Below are positions 21,867-34,210 of a DNA stretch of 64,000 nucleotides, piece after piece (the first letter of the stretch is position 1; each line of letters opens with the position of its first letter). Under the pieces are notes generated by a model. It did not search any database. It saw nothing but the letters and a program-made list of their open reading frames with translations, and was not told the DNA's origin. The stretch spans positions 16,494,001 through 16,558,000 of the forward strand of contig NW_024704742.1 of the NCBI RefSeq assembly GCF_018977255.1, read 5' to 3'. Made by a program: the position numbers and the translations under genes. The stretch is from Callorhinchus milii (lineage: Eukaryota).

Positions 21867-24469
21867 ATTAAGAAACTATAAAGCACAGAGAAAAACTTAA
21901 AAACCACCTGTTCACATTGCAGTAGATACGTATATCAATATTCTGAAGCCATCTCCTCTAGGTTTTGCCAGGAGCAGAGCTCCAACATGAATCAATCTGG
22001 CTCAATACCCATTCATACTGCAGTATCGTAGAGATTCAATGTCAAAGTGTAATATCCACAAGCCCAGCCTGTTGGGTTTAATGGAAAGCATCTCTCAGTA
22101 AATATGATGTGCAAGAAGCAATGGAGAGGTAAAAAGTAGCAAAAAGACCACACTATTTACCTCAGAGATCACAGTCTCATGTTACATTGTGATCACCATC
22201 CCTTCCTGACACCTGTAATCTACTTTGAACATAGCAGGTATTATTGAACAATATCCACTGAAAAAAGCACTGAGCAATCCTTAAAATAATAATGAGCACT
22301 GATAGCAAGGCAGTGCATTTGGTATCTTTTTCTGAGTCTGTCAAAAGAAATGTTTCTTCTCCAAGAATACATCATCTGACTTTTCCCTCTCTCCCTAAAG
22401 AGGTAGATCAAAGATTTTGCCATTTGCTTTGATTGAGATGTTTCTCTGGAGTGAAGTAACTAAGGTTGTCATAGCACAAGAGGGTTCCTCACATAAAGAT
22501 GTCCCTGGAGTGTTTTCTAGGATGATATGTTCTTTGATGATCTCTGCCATCTTACCATGAGGAGAACATACCAGCACACAAAATAAAGAAACAGAAGAAT
22601 CCAAACAATTTCATTGCTTCTTCTCCTTTTCTACAATTCCTAACGTTTTGAAAGCTTGTGCTGACCCTTCACAATCAGATAGTTTGTAACCCTATTCCTA
22701 GGTAGGATCCTTAAGATGTCATTGAATTGAACAAGAGCACCCTATACATATTGTAGGTGACTATATTTTGATGGAATAATATCATTTGCAATGATGTAAT
22801 AAAAATTAGGGATCAATACAGATTTATTTGGTCTGAAACCAGTCATCTGAAATCTGTTTCAGATGACTAGGCTTTATCTTTAAAAGCAAACTCTGAAGGG
22901 TATTTTATGACTATGCTTGTGTTTTGTGAACTGTGAGCAAACAGAAAATTCTTGAAAAAAGGAAAAAAACAAAGGGTCTGACTCCTTCGGACAAAATCCC
23001 AGGATATTTTGTTGGTGCTGTGAGTTGATCTGGGTTCTGGATTCCAATTGCTAAAATGGACTTAAATTATGAACACGTTTGTGGACTGTCATAACATTCC
23101 TGAAACATAATCGCTGAACTCTTTAGTTGCAGAACATTATAATTGCCTCCCCCGCATTCAGTCAGAGCACAATGATGTCATTAAAAACATCACAACTTTT
23201 ATTTTTCTTCAAGCATACATTATGTTCTATTCTCACCGGTGAAATAACGCCAAATATGTCACATTTAGTTACACTGAATTTAGTCTAATGCATGTTAAAT
23301 GTGTCTCCCTTAGGCTGTATGCCATTTATTTACTTCACGGCTTGTCTTGTTTATTGTAAACTCAGGCCGTTGCATAATGTAGATAAAGTGTGCATCTGCT
23401 AAGCACAAGACAATTCGCACTGGCATAATAAAGGCCTTGGGCTGACAGCAAGACCTATTGTGTAAAGCATGAGATACAATTATATGTGCAGCAACACAAC
23501 GTGAAAGACGCTGTATAAATACAATTTGTTGTTGTTGTGTAGTTCAAGAAAATATCTTGCATGATTAATCTATTTTTGCCAATAATTTTTTGCTCAGTAA
23601 GAATTAGCTAAAGCTTCATTATGACTTCGAGTTTTTTTGCTTTAGCTGCAATAATTTCAAAAGACTGAAACTAATCTTTATTTCTATAATTTCTGCAGAG
23701 AGCATTCATGTCAAAAAAATAATAGTTAGTAACACAAGCTTGTCACTTTTCTCTGCCAGCTATCCTTTGCTGTGCTGATGCATGCTGACACAAGCAATGA
23801 TTTTTATGCAGAAAGATGCGGCTTAAATTTGGACAATAACCTGTTGCGACACCAGATCCACATACGCACAAGCAGTTACTATTTAATTATAGAAATGCAC
23901 TTGTCTTAAATTTAGATGTTAACCTATTCTGACTGAAGACTTATTTTGTTACCCAAAGAATATGTGGAATTGTATGCAGTTGGTGGGAATAAGACCCAGT
24001 CCCTGCCAAAGTCAATTTACTAACAAGCAGATTAAACTCCTTGGTTGGTGCAATGTTCGTGAGGTGCAGAAGTGAATGGAGAATCAGATGTACTGTTTAG
24101 AGCTCGGCTGCAAAATCTTAAAGTTTAAAACAATGCTGTTAAGGCTAACACCAAGGAAAATTGCAGGCCTCTGGTTCTCCCAAAACTCCATTTTGTATTA
24201 CCTTATCTAATGCTAATCTATCAGCTAATGTTATTAAGAGCTTGATATGGGGTGGAGCTGGATGGTTCAAGTGCAATTCTCGTGGAGTTCCTCTGTAGCA
24301 TTATAAAACTCTTTTCACTGGCAAGCATGGAGGTGACACATCATTAGCTCCGCTGTTTGATACCATGGGATTATTCAAAGACTGTTGAACAGTTGGGTTT
24401 CTTATTGGCAATTGCATCCTGTGGTGGGAACTTCTAAACCCAGGCATCATATCATTGCCCAGGAGAAAA

Positions 24470-24965
24470 GAAAGAAGGAACTTGCATTTAGATAGCTTCT
24501 TATGGTCTCAAAGCACTTTACAGTATTATTAATTAATAGTCACGCTTTTCTAAGAAAGCATGGAAGCCAATTTGCCAACAGTAAGGTCCTGCAAATAGCC
24601 ATAAAATGAATGAACAATTTATTTTTTGAATAGTTTTATGGGATCTTTAAATGTCCACCTGAACAGGACGTTGGATTAATGTCTTACCCAAATGACGGCA
24701 CCTTCTAAAGTGCAGCTATCTCAGCACGTTACAGATCCCATGACACTATTCACGGGAAGAGAAGAGAGTCTTTCCCATAGTCCTGACCAACAATCCTCCA
24801 GATAAAAATGGTCATTTACTTCATATCTGTTTGTCGGATATTACTTTGTGGAAATTGGCTGTAGCATTCATCTGCAAATAGAGTCAATACATTTGACAGA
24901 AATTCCCTCTGAAGTTCTTTGAGATGTTTCAATGTGACAGGCACTATATTAAAAATAATCCTTAT
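24470..24965. mobile_element. Two old DeuSINE fragments in opposite orientation (minus ~24470-24725, plus ~24730-24965)
   Basis: Minus copy: ATGGGATCTTTAAATGTCCACCTGAACAGG. Plus copy: GATCCCATGACACTATT...GTCCTGACCAACAATCC...GGCACTATAT. Confidence 0.7.
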
Positions 24966-27479
24966 TATATAGATTCACCTCGTGACTATTCATGGGGCCT
25001 TGCTGGAACAAGGTATCTGCTCTGTTTGCTTTTAAAAAATAGTTACTAAGTTTGACAATAATTACTCATGAAGCACTCTGTGACTATCTGACGTGATAAA
25101 ATGCTATAACAATGAAATTCTTACTTTGCCTATTGGCATATGCTTGATGATGTGCTGGAAAAAGTATTACTAACATAATAATTTTCCCATATAAAAAATC
25201 TAAACTTTTTTTTCCTTATTTTCAACAGCATTTAATTTGAAAGCTATTTTCTATCACTTCTAAGTCGAGGCAATTTTGCAGCAACACTGAGCAATTGGTT
25301 ACCAACTGGCAAGCACAGTCAATGGACATGTGAAGGCAATCCAGTGAACTAGTCTTAGTGCTACAATTCCCTTGATGCAGTATCAGGTAAATGTTCAAGA
25401 ATTTTTGATATAGTGACTATTTGTTTCATCAAACATCCCAAAACACTTCATAGGATTGACAATTAAATGTAGGGATTATATTCTGTTGATGAACGCAGCA
25501 GCTAATTTGCACACGGTAGTGTCTCACGTGAAGTGAGTGACCAATTTTATCTGGGGGATTATTGTAACACCGGTTATGTTCCATGTCTTGGTAAATTTAC
25601 TGTAACTTTTCCCATTTTAAAAGCACACCACCAAATTCAATACATTTAGTGATGAAAAGCTAACCCAAACATAACGTGATAATTATGTGTGAAACTTTAC
25701 ACTCAAATTTTTAAAAAATCACCAATGTGTTATTAACTAACTAATCAATTCTTAACGCCTCCTACTTCTAAAAACATTTGTTACAGTACTTTACTTCTCT
25801 TTACTTTAATGCCAAACAGCAAGTCCCATCTGACAGTGACCTGTTCCCAAGTCATTCAGCTGCTTGACGATAAGTGTCCTGGTGCAAAGGATTGGCCTCT
25901 CCTAGTTATTTCATTCTTCCTTCAGGGGAACCGCAGCTGTGAACCTAGACAGTACCTTCAGCACCAATACACTGAGCAACCACGCTATTCTAATTGTGTT
26001 ACAGCTTCCAATGAGCATTTCTAACCAGCTGCTTTTCCATATTTAATCGCACCTTCTCCCAGTTACAGACAAGCTTTCAGCTGTGCATTATCATTCCTGG
26101 TATTTAGCAGAATTCAGAAGAAGCATGCAATTTTCATAATGTGCATTATTTTCATTGTACTGTGGATTCTCATTTGCAGATATATGGTAATTTGTCTCTG
26201 CAATAACTATTTCTAACTGTGATACCTATGTGTTTCTGGACAGATAATTGTGTGTCTTGTAATAATCTAATAACACAACATAGTCTTATCATCATCCATA
26301 TGTTAGTCACACGCTGCACAATAATAGTTTTCTTTGGGTTATTCTAATCTGGGTCATATGATTATTAGGTGAGAAATTTGTTAACTTAATTTTGCACAGA
26401 AGATATCTCAATTTCGCTAAGCTTCGGTTGCAAACGTCGCATACAAAATGATGCGGGGAGTCAAACAGCAGGCTGCAAAGAGACTTGGGGAATTCTGTGT
26501 CAGACTATCATATGGTGGAGAATTAATCAGACATTTAAAGAATTATGGCTCAAGGTTGGTTAGAAGGCTTTTTGCAAAATTTACAGTGAGTCATCTTGGT
26601 GCTTTCCATTTGTGCTTATGTTAACCTTTACCAGGAAACTGCCTGAGCAGTGTTGGCATTTTTCTCTTTTTAGTTATATGAGTTCATTCATATCACTGTA
26701 GTAGCAGCAGTAGCTTATTTTAGATAATGAATAACCATTTTATGCCTTACATCAGGAGATTACATACTTGGCAATGGTGATGGTAGCTTAAGTTAGAAAT
26801 GTTATACCCAAAGGAAAGATTATTGCAGTCAAAATACAATCTTCTGTGCAAGATCAGCAGACAAATAATATGAAAGTCAAACTACAATAATAATAATTCT
26901 TGCATTTGGTATAGCACCTTTTCACCTCGGGATCTCCCACAGCACTTCACAGGATATATTGCAAAATGGAGTGACTGTGTGTTTTGTGGACAAACACAGC
27001 AGCCAAATTTGCACACAAGCAGGGTCCCACAGAAATAGAGCACTATATCAAATGCAAGGATTATTATTATTAATTCTATAGAATTTAATGTCATACAAGG
27101 CAATACCTTTACCACTAGCTCATTGAGGGAATATATCATTGTTATGCAACAATTGCTAGCAATTGTAATTATTGTCAATAGCCAGAGGAGTTATTTGGAA
27201 TTTGCTAATAACATTAAACCAAGTTTTGAAAGTAGCACTGGAGGTGGGCAATTAACGTGGCTCAGATTCTGGAACCATTTTGACTTCAGTTATCCTCAGG
27301 CAATCAAACTCATATCCAGATCCAAAAGATTAACATTCCTTAGTCAAAGATGATGCCACTGGTGAAAATGTGACTCTGCTTCTAAATTTCTTTTGGAAAG
27401 GTTTTCGTTTCGAGCAGAGCAAATTATACTTTTACAAATCTACTACAGTGAGTTGATTAAAATCTATTTGTGCCTCAGC

Positions 27480-27890
27480 TCAATGTACTTGCACGTTCGA
27501 GGTAGTTTGGACATGTCAAAGTATGATTGAGTTCTGACAGCAGATGACACTGATTGTGAGGAGGTGGAAGTGATGGTTGAGATTGTGCCTGGAAAGTGGA
27601 TTAAGCCAGTGAGGTAGATGGCAGGAAAAGCTGGAAGGATTTCTTGATTTGGAAGACGATATAAAGGGAGAATGAATGAGGGCTCAAGTCCAGCATAGAC
27701 GCAGAGTCTTGAGGTATACACAGAGGAGAATGAACTGTGAGAATGCAGAACAGTGTGACCAACTGTAAACTAGTGTGAAGCACTGATCTACAAACAGTAA
27801 GACTGCAATACTGAGAAAAATAATTGATAAACATTTTTAGGAGCTGATGAGATGATGAGACTTCATGCACTCTATGCCAGCCTGGTTAGG
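27480..27890 (-). mobile_element. Ancient L2-like RT fragment
   Basis: GTCAAAGTATGA...CAGCAGATGACACTGATTGTGAGGAGGTGGAAGTGATGG; GA-rich plus strand like the other L2 copies; heavily degenerate. Confidence 0.45.
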
Positions 27891-28119
27891 GCAACTGTGA
27901 TTAACTGATTGACACGGCAACTGATTCTACATTCACTCAATGACTGGATGTAGATTCATGATAGAGTAAAATTGAGACATGCGAAGCGTTAATTAACATG
28001 GAAACCCTACAAAAACATAATATATAAAAACGTTGAATTAAAAATAAATGTGAACGTCTACTGAAATTCAGATCTTAACTTGTCAAATTTACTTGGTCCA
28101 TGAGTGAGTGTATATTTAA

Positions 28120-28470
28120 TAACAATAATAATTCTTACATTTGATACAGCGCCTTATCGCGTCTTCAAGATGTCTCAAAGCCCTTCGTAGAAGATATTGT
28201 AAAGTGAATTGACTGTATATTTTGTGGCCAAAACGCAGTAGTTAATTCTCCACAAACAGTTGTGTATTGAGTGACCAAATAATTATTATTATTTATTTGT
28301 GATTTATTTTCATGAAGTTATCATTACCCATGGAAAAGCAATCCACCAATCGACTAGCTACCAGGTTCCTACTGATTGCTAGGTAAACAGAGGAGTGTGG
28401 AATAAGCATATTTACCTAACGTTTTGTCCTGCTCAGAAATCAAACACAGGTCCTCTCGCTTGCGAGGTGA
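28120..28470 (-). mobile_element. tRNA-SINE, long form
   Basis: SINE tail and head plus the extra domain GGAAAAGCAATCCACCAATCGACTAGCTACCAGGTTCCTACTG...AGGTAAACAGAGG. Confidence 0.83.
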
Positions 28471-29317
28471 GGATTCAGGTTAGGGTTAGGGTGAGGACTA
28501 TTTTCAAAAGATGGAAAGATCAATCATCTTAATACATTTTGAACATTCAAATATTTGATGAAATTATTTAAATCAGTATTGAATTACCTGAATTCAGTGT
28601 TAATTTGGAAGCTGGTTTTGATAATTCTTGAAAAGAAACAACTTTTAAATTAAGTCTGAATATAGAATTATCCAAAATTCTGCATGATTGCAAATCTTTT
28701 AAATTGAATGGCAAAATGGTCTTGCAGGATACGACCAGGTGGAATGTTAGGCCTTGGGAGGAGATAGCACTTAGGCTTAATGGACTGACGGAGATCCTTT
28801 AATGCTATAATTTCTGTGATGTAATGCAGTATGGTCACAATCATGTCTAGCACTTCAGCAGACATGGGAAAGGCAGGCTGAATGAATTATTGAATCAGTA
28901 CGTTATTATTTTTTGAAATTGTGGGTTTTTGAAGAATAAGGTGTAATTCTGTTTACACATATTGAAACGATTAAAACAGCAGCTCCTTTACACATAGTAC
29001 AAGTCACTCTGCTGGTGAAGTTTTTGTTGGTCTCCTGAACCACAGTTATAATTCGGGTGAAGTGGCCAATTATTTTTCTCCTATTCCTTTGGGATTTTTC
29101 TTTTTGTTCTTTAACACTCTTTCAGTTTGGTTTATTTATTTTCAAAGCAATAAACAATGTGGGTCTTCATTTCTATATACTGTATTTCACAAAATTATTT
29201 CATCTAAAAAGTATAAAAACAAGAAGAGTATAACAACATTTGTGTTCCAATTAGAGTAACAATTTCAAATGTGGAAATCTTAAACTGAAGTTTTATTCAG
29301 GATTAACCAGCAACGAA

Positions 29318-29610
29318 ACATAGAATCATAGAAGTTTACAGCATAGAAAGAAGCCATTCACCCCATCGAGTCTGCATTGGTTCTCAGACTAAGATGTCCA
29401 TTCAATCCACTGCTTCGTCTGATTCCCATATGCCTTCAAGCTTTTTTCTTTCACTTATCTGTCAACCTTTTGAAACACACAAGGCCTCGGCATCTAACAC
29501 CGTACGTGGCAGAGCATTCCCATATCTCAATAACTGTGTGAAAAAAATTCTACTAAGTCATCCTTTTGCTCTACTTGGAACTATCTTATATTTATGGCCT
29601 ACCACTTATC
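29318..29610 (-). mobile_element. CR1 3' fragment
   Basis: CATAGAATCATAGAA terminal repeat; AGCCATTCACCCCATC...GCAGAGCATTCCCAT...AAAAAAATTCT. Confidence 0.7.
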
Positions 29611-30283
29611 CCTTATCATTTATCAGTGCTGTGTAATCCTGTCTTCTCAAAGGTTATTTCCCACACCAGCTTTCATAACAAGGGTTTTTAACATTTCAGG
29701 ATAAGCAGGACAGGTTTGTCTGGGTCGCAATACAGTCTTTATAAATCAAACAAATCCCAGATGAATAAAAGTAAAGAAGTAAAGGATCACAATACATCAC
29801 AAAATTGATAAAGGCCTACCAAAATAACAATAAAAGGCTTTGCTGGTCACCTGGTTGTCACAAACATGAGTGAACTAAAAATAGTTTCTTATAGTAAAAT
29901 TTTTGTTTACTAACACACACAGACGGAAACAGATTTCAATGGTTAGGGCTTTGCAGCTGAACCACAATTATAATTCGGGTTAAGTAACCATTATTCTTCC
30001 CCAAATCCGATAGGATTTTTCTTCTTGTACTTTAGTACCACTTTTGTTTGGTTTATTTATTCAAAGCAATAAAAAATCGGATTATGTTGTTCACATTCCA
30101 AAATAATTCAATGTTTTGTGAAAGATGTTTGTTAAGAAGAATACAGTGTTATTTTGTTGAGATTTAAAAATGATCTGGTATCTGCCTGTCTCAGTAGGTA
30201 CCACTCTTTCCTTTGAGTCAAAAAGTTGTGTGTTCAAGCCCCATGTCGGCAATTCTGATAATAATAATAATAATCCTTGCATT

Positions 30284-31217
30284 TAAGAACATAAGAACAT
30301 ATGAACATAAGCATTAGGAGCAGGAGTAGGCCATTCGGCCCCTCGAGACTGCCCCGCCATTCGATAAGATCACGGCTGATCTTCAGACCTAACTCTAATT
30401 ACCTGCCCTATCCCCATATCCTCTAATCCCTCTGTTTTTTAAAAATCTATCATTCTCAGCCTTGAAGATGTTCAAGAACTGAGCATCTACAGCCTTCAGG
30501 GGTAGTGAATTCCATAAATTCACTGCCCTCTGAGTGAAGAAATGTTTCCTCAACTCTGTTCTAAAAGGCTGACCCTTAATTTTAAGACTGTGACCCCTGG
30601 TTATAGATTCTCCTACCAGGGGAAACAGACCCTCAGTGTCTACTTTATCCAGCCCTTCAAGAATCTTATATGTTTCAATAAGATCCCCCCTAATTCTTCT
30701 GTACTCAAGAGAATACAGCCCTAGTTTATTCAGCCTATCCTCATAGGTCAGTCCCCTCATCCCAGGAACTAACCAAGTGAATCTACGCTGCACCCCCTCC
30801 AGGGCAAGTATGTCCCTTTTTAAATAAGGAGACCAAAACTACACACAATACTCTAGGTGCGGTCTCACCAAGGCCCTATACAGTTGCAGCAAGACTTCCC
30901 TACTCTTGTACTCTAAACCTTTTGAAATGAACGCTAACATGCCGTTCGCCTTCTTAGTTGCTTGCTGCACCTGCAAACTAACTTTTTGAGACTGGTGTAC
31001 AAGGATACCCAAATTCCTCTGAACACTAACACTATTTAATCTCTCCCAGTCTAGGAAATAATCCGTTTTTCTATTTTTGCTACCTGGGTGAACAACTTCA
31101 CACTTCCCCACATTAAATTCCATCTGCCACCTACTCGCCCACTCCCCTAGCCTACCTATATCCCGTTGCAATCTTTTTGCATCATCCTCAGAGCTTACTC
31201 TCCCATCTAGTTTAGTG
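30284..31217 (-). mobile_element. CR1-clade LINE, 5'-truncated: ORF2 RT C-terminus plus 3' UTR (pseudogenised)
   Basis: DTKLDG...LQRDIGRLGEWASRWQMEFNVGKC...LYRALVRPHLEYCV then a stop; QRRFTWLVPG...RGDLIETYKI...WNSLP; (TAAGAACA)n terminal octamer at 30284-30310. Confidence 0.96.
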
Positions 31218-31508
31218 TCATTTGATATAACGCTTTTCACGTCTTCTAGAAGTCTCAAAGCGCTTCACAGAATAGACTGTAAAGTGAATTGACTGTATAT
31301 TTGTAGGTAAAATGGGCAACAATTGCGCACAGCAGTGTCCCAAAAACAGTCGTGGACTGAAATGACCAATTTATTATTTTTTTTTGAGGGATTATTATCA
31401 GGCGTGAGGAGTTAGGAAACTTGCCCAAGGTTTCACCCTGCTGGGAATCGAACCCAGGTCTTTCACTTGCAAAGCGAGTGCTCTAACCACTGAGCTATAG
31501 GACTCCAC
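31218..31508 (-). mobile_element. Young tRNA-SINE abutting the CR1 5' truncation point
   Basis: GTGGAGTCCTATAGCTCAGTGG head; B-box GGGTTCGATTCCC; tail lacks (ATT)n. Confidence 0.9.
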
Positions 31509-31509
31509 C

Positions 31510-31838
31510 GTACTCCAGTGCAGTGTTGCGAGAAGTGTTGTCCGAGGTGTTGTTCTTCAGATGAGACATTAAATTGAAGTCCCGTTCACCTGATCAGGTG
31601 AACATTAAAGATCTCATGGAACTATTAGCAGAGTTTCTCCCAGTAGCCTGGACAACAATCCCCAAATAAAATTTATCATTCACTTCATGACTCTTAGTGG
31701 AACACTGCTGCGTGCAAATTCGCTGTAGCATTTGCCTATAAAATACAATTATTACACTTTACAGTAAATCTTGAAAAGCATTTAGAGATGTCTTTCTGAC
31801 GTGAAAGATGCTATGTCAAATGCAAGGATTATTATTAG
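31510..31838 (+). mobile_element. Old DeuSINE lacking its head
   Basis: CTCCAGTGCAGTG...GATGAGACATTAAA...AAAGATCTCATGG...ATGCAAGGATTATTATT. Confidence 0.78.
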
Positions 31839-33397
31839 TTATTTTATCTTACATATACAGGATGCAATTGGTTAGTACTTCAGAGTTGTCTGTGTCTTGA
31901 ACACTTTAATTAAAATAAATCTGTAAGTGATGAATTCTTTTTTGTTTACATTCTCCTGATCCACATATTTTTCTCCTCACAACACAAATGCTCATGCTGT
32001 GTTATTGACTTTCAGCATGCAGAGCAGCCATGTGGCGTGTAGATTTATTTTCCTTTTGCCAATATTGCTCTGCAGTCAACTGTAAGGAGGCACAATTCCA
32101 TGGGGCAAGACAGACTACACGGATTGTTCTTTAAGTTGGCATGAGAGGCTTCACAGACACCATGCTGAGCCCCAATAAACTGAAACATATATCATGTTGT
32201 TGGCAAGTGAAGAGTCATTCACGGTCAAGATACAATCCTTTGACTGCGGGAATATAAAACAAATACCCAATACTTACACTTGCAGCAAACTATTCCATTT
32301 TGTCGTCTCTTTCAGATCTCAACAGATTTGTTTTGCTCCGTTTAATTTTCAGATAATTTTGGATGCTTGCGGGTAGAAGATCAAATATGCGGAATAGCTT
32401 TTTTCATCCAAACATCCTTTGTGACACCATCTGTAAGATAAAGCTCCCTGCTATCACCCGTGTGGAATTGGTGACCGTATTGTGATGGTTGAGCCCACAT
32501 GCATGCTTTATGCCCAACCATTGTGATGAACCTGGGAGTGGAGATAGGAGTGGTACACATGGAACACTTAATGGCTTAATTTATTGACCAGAGCAAAATT
32601 TGAATGTTGTGACATTTAACCCATTACAGGTCACCCGATTTATTCCTATATTATGGAGAATTTTCTTTTAAATAAATACATATGTGTGATGATGTTTATT
32701 GAGATTTTCTCTCTCTAAATAGAATAAATCTATGCAAATAGCACGCACATTGAAGTAATCAAGCCGTAACTGAATTATTTCTTCTGTAGGTCCAATTGTG
32801 GGATCATACCACTTTAAGACAACCAAAACTAACTTCATTACTCGGTCTGATAAATAGTTCCTCCAGTAGGGAAATGGAATGTTCACCTAGTGATAAAAGT
32901 AGAGAAAACAATAACAAACTAGCTCACAGGCTAGTTTGGGGAGAAGATATATTGTTGTAGCCTGCTGTAAACTGAGTATTAAAATAAATTGCATCTGCCT
33001 AATACAATCTGATACTGTGAGACTTTGCCATTATGACTTAGATAGTTATTTTGTGGAATCCTATAAAAGAATGTGTATTCGAGTACACACCATGATTGTA
33101 GTGATACTGATAAATATGTCAATTATATAAGACACATCTTACAGGAACCTCATTGTACGGGAGCTGAACATTGCTTTTTCTTCTGGTGTTTCAACCTGAG
33201 ATACAGAAAAATAAATATCAACCACTCCAACCCCAGCACAGCATATTCTTCTTACAGTGTTTGCATGTAAAAAGATCTGTATGAATGCGCACATACTGGA
33301 ACCACTGAAGTGATAGGTTATCTAACATGCTCCACTTGCAACATATCATATCAGATGTGATTACATTTTTGAGATAAAAAGGAAAACTATAATTGTT

Positions 33398-33515
33398 CAA
33401 AATCTGAAAGAGAGGAAGTAAATGATAGAAATGTACAATAGATCTGTTAGCATCTGAAAGAGATCTGGTAATGTTTTCGATAGTCTAAGGCCACTGGCAG
33501 ACTGTTCATCAAAAA
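33398..33515 (-). mobile_element. Degenerate short interspersed element of a type common in chondrichthyans (MER6-like)
   Basis: Minus strand TTGATGAACAGTC...CGAAAACATT...TTTCAGATGCTAACAGATCT...CATTT...TTCAGATTT. Family name recalled from memory; very diverged. Confidence 0.4.
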
Positions 33516-33619
33516 TATACGGGATACCCTCTCGTCTACAGCACTCCTCTTCTTGAACATCTGTGTTAGTTGTGAAGAAATGACTTATCTGAAGCATTAA
33601 CCATTCTTTCTTTCAGACA

Positions 33620-34060
33620 ATGCCCAAAGAATATGAAGCAGCTGTAAATCAGACACACAAGATGCTGGGTCAAACGGCCAAATCTATTGAGTCCAAATCC
33701 CCAGAAGTCGTGCTCAAGCTGTACAATGCTCTTGTGAGCCTAAACATGAAGTATTCTGTTCAGTTCTGTTCACTATAATATAAAGGTCTAGAGGCAGTAT
33801 GAAGGTGAGCATTATTAATAATCGGTGCATTTCATAAAGCAGCTTTCATGTTGGAAGGATGTCTGAAAGTGTTTCACAGAATTTACTGCATTTTGTAGGC
33901 ATTGAGACTGATGTCCCATATTAGAGAGATAAGTGATGAGGAACAACTAAACAAGATAGGGCTCTCCAGCCTTGAAGCTTATTTCTGACAGATTCCCAGG
34001 CTGGATGGTCTAATGCCACTGGTAGAGATTAAACTCATTTAAGAATCTGCTTAATGCTAA
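33620..34060 (+). mobile_element. Degenerate CR1 ORF2 fragments
   Basis: AAATCCCCAGAAGTCGTGCTCAAGCTGTACAATGCTCTTGTGAGCC...TATTCTGTTCAGTTCTG (KSPEVVLKLYNALV...YSVQF). Confidence 0.7.
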
Positions 34061-34210
34061 TTATCACACCACACACCAACGATATTAAAAATAAATGCAC
34101 AGTTAAAGCTGGGATTTAATTCCGATCATGTCTTTCGAATTGAAAACCAGAAATCATTCACTAAAACTATTCATTGTAATCTAGAAATCAATGCAATTAG
34201 CAATAATACT

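Noticed and set aside
22241..22604. Overlapping minus-strand ORFs just downstream of the leader-like exon (tested as an Ig/TCR V exon)
   Set aside because: The in-phase frame after the nearest good acceptor stops within 12 codons. No Ig-domain Cys/Trp pattern and no recombination signal sequence.
28474..28495. Telomere-like GGTTAGGGTTAGGG
   Set aside because: Only about two perfect units; too short to call an interstitial telomeric sequence.
29019..29047. RSS-like arrangement GTTTTTGT-12 nt-CCACAGT
   Set aside because: The heptamer is not CACTGTG in the required orientation, and there is no adjacent V, D or J segment.
33470..33512. Hammerhead-ribozyme-like core on the minus strand (TGATGA...CGAAA)
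   Set aside because: The core CUGAUGA is mutated and stems I and III are not evident. It is part of a degenerate interspersed repeat.
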